DNA of 64,000 bases from Yuukianura sp. NJ FZ-2021 (GCA_046563655.1 JAJCTO010000010.1:1178001-1242000); one strand, 5' to 3'. Counted from the first letter of the stretch, positions 43,901 to 56,851 are shown. Notes: a model not told the origin generated them from the sequence alone. Made by a program: numbers and translations.

Positions 43901-46900
43901 TTTTAACAGAGAAAATTGAAAGCACTAGTATGGCATCTTACAAAAATTAAGCGTCAACTTAACCCAGTGGGATAGATATCGTGACTTGCACGTTCCGAGG
44001 TCATTCTGTCAATGAAAGTTCATATCATTAACAAATGCTACATGAGTCCTCCTGGATCAAGAAAAATTACCTCGAAATTGACTTTTTCAACCGAGAAAAT
44101 TGGAAGCACTAATATGGCATCTTACAAAAATTAAGCGTCAACCGAACCCAGTGAGATAGATATCGTGACTTGCACGTTCCGAGGTCATTGTGTCAATGAA
44201 AGTTCACATCATTAACAAATGCTACATGAGTCCTCCTGGATGAAGAAAAATTACCTCGAAATAGACTTTTTTAACGGAGAAAATTGAAAGCACTAATATG
44301 GCATCTTACAAAAATTAAGCGTCAACTTAACCCAGTGAGATAGATATAGTGACTTGCACGTTCCGAGGTCATTCTGTCAATGAAAGTTCACATCATTAAC
44401 GAATGCTACATGAGTCCTCCTGGATCAAGAAAACCTACCTCGAAAGAGACTTTTTAACAGAGAAAATTGAAAGCACTAATATGGCATCTTTCAAAAATTA
44501 AGCGTCAACTTAACCCAGTGAGATAGATATAGTGACTTGCACGTTCCGAGGTCATTCTGTCAATGAAAGTTCACATCATTAACGAATGCTACATGAGTCC
44601 TCCTGGATCAAGAAAACCTACCTCGAAAGAGACTTTTTAACAGAGAAAATTGAAAGCACTAATATGGCATCTTTCAAAAATTAAGCGTCAACTTAACCCA
44701 GTGAGATAGATATCGTGACTTGCACGTTCCGAGGTCATTCTGTCAATGAAAGTTCATATCATTAACAAATGCTACATGAGTCCTCCTGGATCAAGAACAA
44801 TTACCTCGAAATAGACTTTTTAACGGAGAAAATTGAAAGCACTAATATGGCATCTTACAAAAATTAAGCGTCAACTTAACGTAGTGAGATAGATATAGTG
44901 ACTTGCACGTTCCGAGGTCATTCTGTCAATGAAAGTTCACATCATTAACAAATGCTACATGAGTCCTCCTGGATCAAGAAAACTTACCTCGAAATAGACT
45001 TTTTAACAGAGAAAATTGAAAGCACTAGTATGGCATCTTACAAAAATTAAGCGTCAACTTAACCCAGTGAGATAGATATCGTGACTTGCACGTTCCGAGG
45101 TCATTCTGTCAATGAAAGTTCATATCATTAACAAATGCTACATGAGTCCTCCTGGATCAAGAAAAATTACCTCGAAATAGACTTTTTTAACGGAGAAAAT
45201 TGAAAGCACTAATATGGCATCTTACAAAAATTAAGCGTCAACTGAACCCAGTGAGATAGATATCGTGACTTGCACGTTCCGAGGTCATTCTGTCAATGAA
45301 AGTTCATATCATTAACAAATGCTACATGAGTCCTCCTGGATCAAGAACAATTACCTCGAAATAGACTTTTTTAACGGAGAAAATTGAAAGCACTAATATG
45401 GCATCTTACAAAAATTAAGCGTCAACTTAACGTAGTGAAATAGATATAGTGACTTGCACGTTCCGAGGTCATTCTGTCAATGAAAGTTCACATCATTAAC
45501 AAATGCTACATGAGTCCTCCTGGATCAAGAAAACTTACCTCGAAATAGACTTTTTAACAGAGAAAATTGAAAGCACTAGTATGGCATCTTACAAAAATTA
45601 AGCGTCAACTTAACCCAGTGAGATAGATATCGTGACTTGCACGTTCCGAGGTCATTCTGTCAATGAAAGTTCACATCATTAACAAATGCTACATGAGTCC
45701 TCCTGGATCAAGAAAACTTACCTCGAAATAGACTTTTTAATAGAGAAAATTGAAAGCACTAATATGGCATCTTACAAAAATTTAGCATCAACTTAACCCA
45801 GTGAGATAGATATCGTGACTTGCACGTTCCGAGGTCATTCTGTCAATGAAAGTTCACATCATTAACAAGTGCTACATGAGTCCTCCTGGATCAAGAAAAA
45901 TTACCTCGAAATTGACTTTTCCAACCGAGAAAATTGAAAGCACTAATACCGCATCTTACAAAAATTAAGCGTCAACTTAACCCTGTGAGATAGATATCGT
46001 GACTTGCACGTTCCGAGGTCATTGTGTCAATGAAAGTTCACATCATTAACAAATGCTACATGAGTCCTCCTGGATGAAGAAAAATTACCTCGAAATAGAC
46101 TTTTTTAACGGAGAAAATTGAAAGCACTAATATGGCATCTTACAAAAATTAAGCGTCAACTTAACCCAGTGAGATAGATATAGTGACTTGCACGTTCCGA
46201 GGTCATTCTGTCAATGAAAGTTCACATCATTAACGAATGCTACATGAGTCCTCCTGGATCAAGAAAACCTACCTCGAAAGAGACTTTTTAACAGAGAAAA
46301 TTGAAAGCACTAATATGGCATCTTTCAAAAATTAAGCGTCAACTTAACCCAGTGAGATAGATATAGTGACTTGCACGTTCCGAGGTCATTCTGTCAATGA
46401 AAGTTCACATCATTAACGAATGCTACATGAGTCCTCCTGGATCAAGAAAACCTACCTCGAAAGAGACTTTTTAACAGAGAAAATTGAAAGCACTAATATG
46501 GCATCTTTCAAAAATTAAGCGTCAACTTAACCCAGTGAGATAGATATCGTGACTTGCACGTTCCGAGGTCATTCTGTCAATGAAAGTTCATATCATTAAC
46601 AAATGCTACATGAGTCCTCCTGGATCAAGAACAATTACCTCGAAATAGACTTTTTTAACGGAGAAAATTGAAAGCACTAATATGGCATCTTACAAAAATT
46701 AAGCGTCAACTTAACGTAGTGAGATAGATATAGTGACTTGCACGTTCCGAGGTCATTCTGTCAATGAAAGTTCACATCATTAACAAATGCTACATGAGTC
46801 CTCCTGGATCAAGAAAACTTACCTCGAAATAGACTTTTTAACAGAGAAAATTGAAAGCACTAGTATGGCATCTTACAAAAATTAAGCGTCAACTTAACCC

Positions 46901-49900
46901 AGTGAGATAGATATCGTGACTTGCACGTTCCGAGGTCATTCTGTCAATGAAAGTTCATATCATTAACAAATGCTACATGAGTCCTCCTGGATCAAGAACA
47001 ATTACCTCGAAATAGACTTTTTTAACGGAGAAAATTGAAAGCACTAATATGGCATCTTACAAAAATTAAGCGTCAACTGAACCCAGTGAGATAGATATAG
47101 TGACTTGCACGTTCCGAGGTCATTCTGTCAATGAAAGTTCACATCATTAACAAATGCTACATGAGTCCTCCTGGATCAAGAAAACTTACCTCGAAATAGA
47201 CTTTTTAACAGAGAAAATTGAAAGCACTAGTATGGCATCTTACAAAAATTAAGCGTCAACTTAACCCAGTGAGATAGATATCGTGACTTGCACGTTCCGA
47301 GGTCATTCTGTCAATGAAAGTTCATATCATTAACAAATGCTACATGAGTCCTCCTGGATCAAGAAAAATTACCTCGAAATAGACTTTTTTAACGGAGAAA
47401 ATTGAAAGCACTAATATGGCATCTTACAAAAATTAAGCGTCAACTGAACCCAGTGAGATAGATATCGTGACTTGCACGTTCCGAGGTCATTCTGTCAATG
47501 AAAGTTCATATCATTAACAAATGCTACATGAGTCCTCCTGGATCAAGAACAATTACCTCGAAATAGACTTTTTTAACGGAGAAAATTGAAAGCACTAATA
47601 TGGCATCTTACAAAAATTAAGCGTCAACTTAACGTAGTGAAATAGATATAGTGACTTGCACGTTCCGAGGTCATTCTGTCAATGAAAGTTCACATCATTA
47701 ACAAATGCTACATGAGTCCTCCTGGATCAAGAAAACTTACCTCGAAATAGACTTTTTAACAGAGAAAATTGAAAGCACTAGTATGGCATCTTACAAAAAT
47801 TAAGCGTCAACTTAACCCAGTGAGATAGATATCGTGACTTGCACGTTCCGAGGTCATTCTGTCAATGAAAGTTCATATCATTAACAAATGCTACATGAGT
47901 CCTCCTGGATCAAGAAAAATTACCTCGAAATAGACTTTTTTAACGGAGAAAATTGAAAGCACTAATATGGCATCTTACAAAAATTTAGCATCAACTTAAC
48001 CCAGTGAGATAGATATCGTGACTTGCACGTTCCGAGGTCATTCTGTCAATGAAAGTTCACATCATTAACAAATGCTACATGAGTCCTCCTGGATGAAGAA
48101 AAATTACCTCGAAATAGACTTTTTTAACGGAGAAAATTGAAAGCACTAATATGGCATCTTACAAAAATTAAGCGTCAACTTAACCCTGTGAGATAGATAT
48201 CGTGACTTGCACGTTCCGAGGTCATTGTGTCAATGAAAGTTCACATCATTAACAAATGCTACATGAGTCCTCCTGGATGAAGAAAAATTACCTCGAAATA
48301 GACTTTTTTAACGGAGAAAATTGAAAGCACTAATATGGCATCTTACAAAAATTAAGCGTCAACTTAACCCAGTGAGATAGATATAGTGACTTGCACGTTC
48401 CGAGGTCATTCTGTCAATGAAAGTTCACATCATTAACGAATGCTACATGAGTCCTCCTGGATCAAGAAAACCTACCTCGAAAGAGACTTTTTAACAGAGA
48501 AAATTGAAAGCACTAATATGGCATCTTTCAAAAATTAAGCGTCAACTTAACCCAGTGAGATAGATATAGTGACTTGCACGTTCCGAGGTCATTCTGTCAA
48601 TGAAAGTTCACATCATTAACGAATGCTACATGAGTCCTCCTGGATCAAGAAAACCTACCTCGAAAGAGACTTTTTAACAGAGAAAATTGAAAGCACTAAT
48701 ATGGCATCTTTCAAAAATTAAGCGTCAACTTAACCCACTGAGATAGATATCGTGGCTTGCAAGTTGCGAGGTCATTCTGTCAATGAAAGTTCATATCATT
48801 AACAAATGCTACATGAGTCCTCCTGGATCAAGAACAATTACCTCGAAATAGACTTTTTAACGGAGAAAATTGAAAGCACTAATATGGCATCTTACAAAAA
48901 TTAAGCGTCAACTTAACGTAGTGAGATAGATATAGTGACTTGCACGTTCCGAGGTCATTCTGTCAATGAAAGTTCACATCATTAACAAATGCTACATGAG
49001 TCCTCCTGGATCAAGAAAACTTACCTCGAAATAGACTTTTTAACAGAGAAAATTGAAAGCACTAGTATGGCATCTTACAAAAATTAAGCGTCAACTTAAC
49101 CCAGTGAGATAGATATCGTGACTTGCACGTTCCGAGGTCATTCTGTCAATGAAAGTTCATATCATTAACAAATGCTACATGAGTCCTCCTGGATCAAGAA
49201 AAATTACCTCGAAATAGACTTTTTAACGGAGAAAATTGAAAGCACTAATATGGCATCTTACAAAAATTAAGCGTCAACTGAACCCAGTGAGATAGATATC
49301 GTGACTTGCACGTTCCGAGGTCATTCTGTCAATGAAAGTTCATATCATTAACAAATGCTACATGAGTCCTCCTGGATCAAGAACAATTACCTTGAAATAG
49401 ACTTTTTAACAGAGAAAATTGAAAGCACTAGTATGGCATCTTACAAAAATTAAGCGTCAACTTAACCCAGTGAGATAGATATCGTGACTTGCACGTTCCG
49501 AGGTCATTCTGTCAATGAAAGTTTCACATCTTTAACAAATGCTACATGAGTCCTCCTGGATGAAGAAAAATTACCTCGAAATAGACTTTTTTAACGGAGA
49601 AAATTGAAAGCACTAATATGGCATCTTACAAAAATTAAGCGTCAACTTAACCCAGTGAGATAGATATAGTGACTTGCACGTTCCGAGGTCATTCTGTCAA
49701 TGAAAGTTCACATCATTAACGAATGCTACATGAGTCCTCCTGGGTCAAGAAAAGTTACCTCGAAATAGACTTTTCTCAACAGAAAAAATTGAAAGCACTA
49801 ATATGGCATCTTCCAAAAATTAGGCGTTGACTTAACCCACTGAGATAGATATCGTGGCTTGCAAGTTGCGAGGTCATTCTGTCAATGAAAGTTCACATCA

Positions 49901-52900
49901 TTAACGAATGCTACATGAGTCCTCCTGGGTCAAGAAAAGTTACCTCGAAATAGACTTTTCTCAACAGAAAAAATTGAAAGCACTAATATGGCATCTTCCA
50001 AAAATTAGGCGTTGACTTAACCCACTGAGATAGATATCGTGGCTTGCAAGTTGCGAGGTCATTCTGTCAATGAAAGTTCACATCATTAACGAATGCTACA
50101 TGAGTCCTCCTGGATCAAGAAAACCTACCTCGAAAGAGACTTTTTAACAGAGAAAATTGAAAGCACTAATATGGCATCTTTCAAAAATTAAGCGTCAACT
50201 TAACGTAGTGAGATAGATATAGTGACTTGCACGTTCCGAGGTCATTCTGTCAATGAAAGTTCATATCACTAACAAATGCTACATGAGTCCTCCTGGATCA
50301 AGAAAACTTACCTCGAAATAGACTTTTTAACAGAGAAAATTGAAAGCACTAGTATGGCATCTTACAAAAATTAAGCGTCAACTTAACCCAGTGAGATAGA
50401 TATCGTGACTTGCACGTTCCGAGGTCATTCTGTCAATGAAAGTTCATATCATTAACAAATGCTACATGAGTCCTCCTGGATCAAGAAAAATTACCTCGAA
50501 ATAGACTTTTTTAACTGAGAAAATTGAAAGCACTAATATGGCATCTTACAAAAATTAAGCGTCAACTTAACCCAGTGAGATAGATATCGTGACTTGCACG
50601 TTCCGAGGTCATTCTGTCAATGAAAGTTCATATCACTAACAAACGCTACATGAGTCATAAAGGATCAAGAAAAATTACCTCGAAATAAACTTTTTTAACG
50701 GAGAAAATTGAAAGCACTAATATGGCATCTTACAAAAATTTAGCATCAACTTAACCCAGTGAGATAGATATCGTGACTTTTCCGAGGTCATTCTGTCAAT
50801 GAAAGTTCATATCATTAACAAATGCTACATGAGTCCTCCTGGATGAAGAAAAATTACCTCGAAATAGACTTTTTTAACGGAGAAAATTGAAAGCACTAAT
50901 ATGGCATCTTACAAAAATTAAGCGTCAACTTAACCCAGTGAGATAGATATAGTGACTTGCAAGTTCCGAGGTCATTCTGTCAATGAAAGTTCACATCATT
51001 AACGAATGCTACATGAGTCCTCCTGGATCAAGAAAACCTACCTCGAAAGAGACTTTTTAACAGAGAAAATTGAAAGCACTAATATGGCATCATTCAAAAA
51101 TTAAGCGTCAACTTAACCCAGTGAGATAGATATAGTGACTTGCACGTTCCGAGGTCATTCTGTCAATGAAAGTTCACATCATTAACAAATGCTACATGAG
51201 TCCTCCTGGATCAAGAAAACCTACCTCGAAAGAGACTTTTTAACAGAGAAAATTGAAAGCACTAGTATGGCATCTTACAAAAATTAAGCGTCAACTTAAC
51301 CCAGTGAGATAGATATAGTGACTTGCACGTTCCGTGGTCATTCTGTCAATGAAAGTTCACATCATTAACAAATGCTACATGAGTCCTCCTGGATCAAGAA
51401 AACTTACCTCGAAATAGACTTTTTAACAGAGAAAATTGAAAGCACTAGTATGGCATCTTACAAAAATTAAGCGTCAACTTAACCCAGTGAGATAGATATC
51501 GCGACTTGCACGTTCCGAGGTCATTCTGTCAATGAAAGTTCATATCATTAACAAATGCTACATGAGTCCTCCTGGATCAAGAAAAATTACCTCGAAATAG
51601 ACTTTTTTAACGGAGAAAATTGAAAGCACTAATATGGCATCTTACAAAAATTAAGCGTCAACTGAACCCAGTGAGATAGATATCGTGACTTGCACGTTCC
51701 GAGGTCATTCTGTCAATGAAAGTTCATATCACTAACAAACGCTACATGAGTCATAAAGGATCAAGAAAAATTACCTCGAAATAGACTTTTTTAACGAAGA
51801 AAATTGAAAGGACTAATATGGCATCTTACAAAAATTTAGCATCAACTTAACCCAGTGAGATAGATATCGTGACTTTTCCGAGGTCATTCTTTCAATGAAA
51901 GTTCATATCATTAACAAATGCTACATGAGTCCTCCTGGATGAAGAAAAATTACCTCGAAATAGACTTTTTTAACGGAGAAAATTGAAAGCACTAATATGG
52001 CATCTTACAAAAATTAAGCGTCAACTTAACCCAGTGAGATAGATATAGTGACTTGCAAGTTCCGAGGTCATTCTGTCAATGAAAGTTCACATCATTAACG
52101 AATGCTACATGAGTCCTCCTGGATCAAGAAAACCTACCTCGAAAGAGACTTTTTAACAGAGAAAATTGAAAGCACTAATATGGCATCATTCAAAAATTAA
52201 GCGTCAACTTAACCCAGTGAGATAGATATAGTGACTTGCACGTTCCGAGGTCATTCTGTCAATGAAAGTTCACATCATTAACAAATGCTACATGAGTCCT
52301 CCTGGATCAAGAAAACCTACCTCGAAAGAGACTTTTTAACAGAGAAAATTGAAAGCACTAGTATGGCATCTTACAAAAATTAAGCGTCAACTTAACCCAG
52401 TGAGATAGATATAGTGACTTGCACGTTCCGTGGTCATTCTGTCAATGAAAGTTCACATCATTAACAAATGTTACATGAGTCCTCCTGGATCAAGAAAACC
52501 TACCTCGAAAGAGACTTTTTAACAGAGAAAATTAAATGCACTAGTATGACATCTTACAAAAATTAAGCGTCAACTTAACCCAGTGAGATAGATATCGTGA
52601 CTTGCTCGTTCCGAGGTCATTCTGTCAATAAAAGTTTCACATCATTAACAAATGCTACATGAGTCCTCCTGGATCAAGAAAAATTACCTCGAAATAGACT
52701 TTTTTAACGGAGAAAATTGAAAGCACTAATATGGCATCTTACAAAAATTTAGCATCAACTTAACCCAGTGAGATAGATATCGTGACTTGCACGTTAAGAG
52801 GTCATTCTGTCAATGAAAGTTCATATCACTAACAAATGCTACATGAGTCATAAAGGATCAAGAAAACATACCTCGAAATAGACTTTTTAACGGAGAAAAT

Positions 52901-54398
52901 TGAAAGCCCTAATATGGCATCTTTCAAAAATTAAGCGTCAACTTAACCCAGTGAGATAGATATCGTGACTTGCTCGTTCCGAGGTCATTCTGTCAATAAA
53001 AGTTTCACATCTTTAACAAATGCTACATGAGTCTTCCTGGATCAAGAAAACTTACCTCGAAATAGACTTTTCAACAGAGCAAATTGAAAGTACTAGTATG
53101 GCATCTTACAAAAATTAAGCGTCAACTTAACCCAGTGAGATAGATATCGTGACTTGCTCGTTCCGAGGTCATTCTGTCAATGAAAGTTTCACATCTTTAA
53201 CAAATGCTACATGAGTCCTCCTGGATCAAGAAAACCTACCTCGAAAGAGACTTTTTAACAGAGAAAATTGAAAGCACTAGTATGGCATCTTACAAAAATT
53301 AAGCGTCAACTTAACCCAGTGAGATAGATATCGTGACTTGCACGTTCCGAGGTCATTGTGTCAATGAAAGTTCACATCGTTAACAAATGCTACATGAGTC
53401 CTCCTGGATGAAGAAAAATTACCTCGAAATAGACTTTTTAACTGAGAAAATTGAAAGCACTAATATGGCATCTTACAAAAATTAAGCGTCAACTTAACCC
53501 TGTGAGATAGATATCGTGACTTGCACGTTCCGAGGTCATTCTGTCAATGAAAGTTCACATCATTAACAAATGCTACATGGGTATTCCTGGATCAAGAAAA
53601 CTTACCTTGAAATAGACTTTTTAACAGAGAAAATTGAAAGCACTAGTATGGCATCTTACAAAAATTAAGCGTCAACTTAACCCAGTGAGATAGATATCGT
53701 GACTTGCACGTTCCGAGGTCATTCTGTCAATGAAAGTTTCACATCTTTAACAAATGCTACATGAGTCCTCCTGGATCAAGAAAAATTGCCTCGAAATAGA
53801 CTTTTTTAACGGAGAAAATTGAAAGCACTAATATGGCATTTTACAAAAATTTAGCATCAGCTTAACCCAGAGAGATAGATATCGTGACTTGCACGTTCCG
53901 AGGTCATTCTGTCAATGAAAGTTCATATCACTAACAAACGCTACATGAGTCATAAAGGATCAAGAAAAATTACCTCGAAATAAACTTTTTTAACGGAGAA
54001 AATTGAAAGCACTAATATGGCATCTTACAAAAATTTAGCATCAACTTAACCCAGTGAGATAGATATCGTGACTTTTCCGAGGTCATTCTGTCAATGAAAG
54101 TTCATATCATTAACAAATGCTACATGAGTCCTCCTGGATGAAGAAAAATTACCTCGAAATAGACTTTTTTAACGGAGAAAATTGAAAGCACTAATATGGC
54201 ATCTTACAAAAATTAAGCGTCAACTTAACCCAGTGAGATAGATATAGTGACTTGCACGTTCCGAGGTCATTCTGTCAATGAAAGTTCACATCATTAACGA
54301 ATGCTACATGAGTCCTCCTGGATCAAGAAAACCTGATGAGGGCTGTAAGCCACTACTGCCTGCCGCAAATCTCAAGTTGCCCCAGGTATTTATGACTT

Positions 54399-54465
54399 GA
54401 TGGCAAAAAATGCAGAATGCTTTTTTGGCATTGTGTCAAAAAATGCAGAATGCTTTTTTGCCATC
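54399..54465. repeat. Nested direct/inverted repeat
   Basis: The quasi-palindromic 24-mer CAAAAAATGCAGAATGCTTTTTTG occurs at 54404-54427 and 54437-54460. The whole unit is bounded by GATGGCAAAAAA...TTTTTTGCCATC. Confidence 0.85.
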
Positions 54466-54497
54466 GAAAAAATTAAGTCCATATTGCATTTAAACTT

Positions 54498-54735
54498 AAA
54501 AAAAGTTAGGTTCCTACTCTATTTAAACTCCTCGCATAATCAAGCATTCTTCTCTCACGGATGGCTCAACTTGTTGCTCTCTGCTCTTTAAGTCATTGCC
54601 TCATTCCACCTTCTGCAGAATGGTGGAAATGGAACAGTGACTCAAGGAGCAGAGAGCAACAAGTTGAGGCATCCGTGAGAGAAGAATGCTTGACTATACG
54701 AAGAGTTTAAATAGAGTATTAACCTAACTTTTTTT
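54498..54735. repeat. Long imperfect palindrome (~120-bp arms, essentially no loop)
   Basis: Runs from AAAAAAAGTTAGGTT to AACCTAACTTTTTTT, centred on TTCTGCAGAA (54611-54620). By hand I count about 12 mismatches and 2 single-base indels between the arms. Confidence 0.93.
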
Positions 54736-54821
54736 TTATTTTTTTTTTATTACGGCTGCTGGGAATCGACCCCAGGCTCCCTCGATTTGATGCCACCACC
54801 CTATCGTTTGCGCTAATCCAC
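54736..54821 (-). ncRNA. tRNA-derived (SINE-head-like) sequence with Pol III A/B boxes followed by an A-rich tract
   Basis: The minus strand reads GTGGATTAGCGCAAACGATAG...CTGGG-GTCGATT-CCCAG-CAGCCGTAATAAAAAAAAAATAAAA. It has an A-box-like TAGCGCAA and a perfect 5-bp T-stem with a B-box-like loop. Acceptor and anticodon stems do not form, so it is not a functional tRNA. Confidence 0.55.
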
Positions 54822-55057
54822 TTACCATTGTTTAATTCAAAGTAAATTCAATATATACTCTGAAATAATCAAAATGTTCATGTAAAACAGGGTTTGAAAC
54901 ATAAACGTTTTTAACATTAGAAACTGTATATATCATAAAAGCTCGGCTTGAATCCCTTTCCGGTTATTGTATTGCAGACTAATAGTCATATTGATCATGG
55001 TTCGAAATTCAGCCCTCAGTGATCTTTCTTAAGCCAAACTGAAAACATCTCTCTACA

Positions 55058-55546
55058 ATGCTGCAGAGGTACGTGTTTAATCACGAACACTACTACAATA
55101 CTTTGAGGGACCAAATTGGCCACGGAATTCCTGTGTTTCATGGGGTACGACAGAGAGGAGGAGGCATTGGTTCCATCCTAGGAGGAATTGCAAAATACGC
55201 TTTGCCTATAATCATGAAGTGGATTATGCCCCATGCAAAGGAAGCAGCAGTAAAAACTGTGAGTGGGATTGCGAAAGGACGTCAGTCAGTAAAGCACGCT
55301 CTGAAGGAAAACAGCCTCGGATTTTTGAAAAACGTTGGTGCCGATCTTTTGAAATCAGCAGTTGGATCTCAAACAGGGAAAGGCGTGGGAGTTAAACGGA
55401 AGCGTACATATACAAAACGGAAGCCATCCAGGGGAGGAAACAAAGCGTCAAAAAAATCCAAGAAACCGAAGGCATCGAAAAAGAGAAAGGCTTCAACGAA
55501 GGCAACAAAGACTGCAAAGAGAACCAAATTGGATATATTTGCATAA
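55058..55546 (+). CDS. Polinton basic core / membrane-active precursor protein (cupiennin-like in adintovirus nomenclature)
   Basis: 162 aa with three QxGxG motifs (QIGHG, QRGGG, QTGKG) resembling adenain cleavage sites. It has an amphipathic GIGSILGGIAKYALPII segment and a K/R-rich tail, and lies directly upstream of MCP. Confidence 0.7.
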   Translation: MLQRYVFNHEHYYNTLRDQIGHGIPVFHGVRQRGGGIGSILGGIAKYALPIIMKWIMPHAKEAAVKTVSGIAKGRQSVKHALKENSLGFLKNVGADLLKSAVGSQTGKGVGVKRKRTYTKRKPSRGGNKASKKSKKPKASKKRKASTKATKTAKRTKLDIFA

Positions 55547-56851
55547 TGTCGCTACTACATTCTCGATCTAAACCAGCCATTCGTGGAGAAGTTGATCTGT
55601 TCTCAATCCCAGCAACAGACACAACTTGTGACTATAGTATGTACGAAGAGTATCAGCCAGTAGTAAACGTTCAGGACGCTTCAAACAAAATCGAATTCAA
55701 GATTCCAGGGAATAGTAACCATTATCTGGATTTGACTGACAGCTTCCTACGGATCAAGCTAAAAGTGACGCAGAAAGCCGGTGCGAACCTAGGTAATGAT
55801 TCGACAGTTGGTACCGTGAACTTATTTATGCACGCGCTCTTCTCACAACTGGACATTTACTTCAATGAAAAACTAGTGTCCACAAGTAACAATGGTTACT
55901 CATATCGTGCTTACATATAAACATTACTTTGTTATGGAAAAGACTACAAAAGTTCTCAAGGTGGGTGTGCTTTGTACTACGAAGATACAGTTGGAGGAAT
56001 TGCGGACTCGACAAACACTGGATGGGAAAAGCGAAGAAGCTACATCAGCGAATCCAAAGCGGTGGAACTGATCGACAAATTGAGATTTAACCTAGCAAAT
56101 CAACATCGCTACATATTGAATGACGTGAATGTTCGTATTTGTCTGACGAGATCTTCCGATGCATTTGCCCTTTTCTCCAAAGCGAAGGGGGAGGAAGGCG
56201 TAATCAAATTCTTATCTGCAACGTACTACATCAGAAAACAACTGCCATTTCCAAGCATTATCTTGGCTCATCAGAGACTTTTAGAAAAAGGTGAAATTGC
56301 ACAGTACCCTTTCAAAGCCACCGAAGTAAAATACTTTACCATTGCTCAAGGAAATTCATCTGCCCTCGAGGAAAACCTTTTTGCAAATACTGTCCCAAGT
56401 CGGATTATAATCGGATTTGTAGATAGCCTGGCTTTCAACGGAGATTTCAATTCCAATCCATTTCGCTTCCACCATTACAACATTAATTAAGTCCATTTCG
56501 ATTTCAGTCAACAATGTGTCTATCCCTATACGACCGTTATCCTTAGACTTTCAAAACAACGAATGCCTTTTGGCATACTATCTTTTATTTACGAGCACTG
56601 GAATTGCTGGACACGACGTTGGACTCTCCTTCGCACGTGACGATTACAAGGAAAGCAACGCGCTGTTTACATTTGACATTCTTCAGCCCACAGGGAACGA
56701 CGCATTGCTTCATTTGGAGAAATCTGGAAGTGTGAAAATTGAAGTCCAGTTTGCCGCAGCATTAGAAAAATCAATACATTGTGTCATACTTTCGGAACAA
56801 CAAGGTGTCTTGGAGATTGACAAATACCGACAAGCAGTCATCGCACAATGA
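55546..56851 (+). pseudogene. Major capsid protein (double jelly-roll, Polinton MCP/hexon-like), disrupted
   Basis: Motifs EVDLFSIP, IEFKIPG..YLDL, VNLFMHALFSQLDI, YRAYI and NPFRFHHY. There is an in-frame TAA at 55918-55920 (YRAYI*TLL, probably from GAA) and a TTAA duplication frameshift at 56483-56490. The repaired frame is 434 codons and joins the three listed ORFs. Confidence 0.9.

Larger units (their letters stand above)
1..54334. repeat. Tandem satellite DNA array, ~183-bp monomer (about 290 copies), centromere/pericentromere-like
   Basis: The monomer ATCAAGAAAACTTACCTCGAAATAGAC...GAGTCCTCCTGG starts at 1 and recurs at 184. It continues in one orientation with few substitutions and small indels until ...GATCAAGAAAACCT at 54334. 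It is interrupted only at 5581-6629 and 28749-28914. Centromeric function is inference only. Confidence 0.98.

Noticed and set aside
1..54334. CRISPR array
   Set aside because: Contiguous ~183-bp monomers with no unique spacers and no cas genes, in a eukaryotic context.
54397..54591. 64-aa ORF with repeated KNAECFF
   Set aside because: Translation of the 24-bp direct repeat, with a TTG start and no homology recognised.
54753..54821. Functional tRNA gene
   Set aside because: Only the T-arm forms; acceptor and anticodon stems do not pair.
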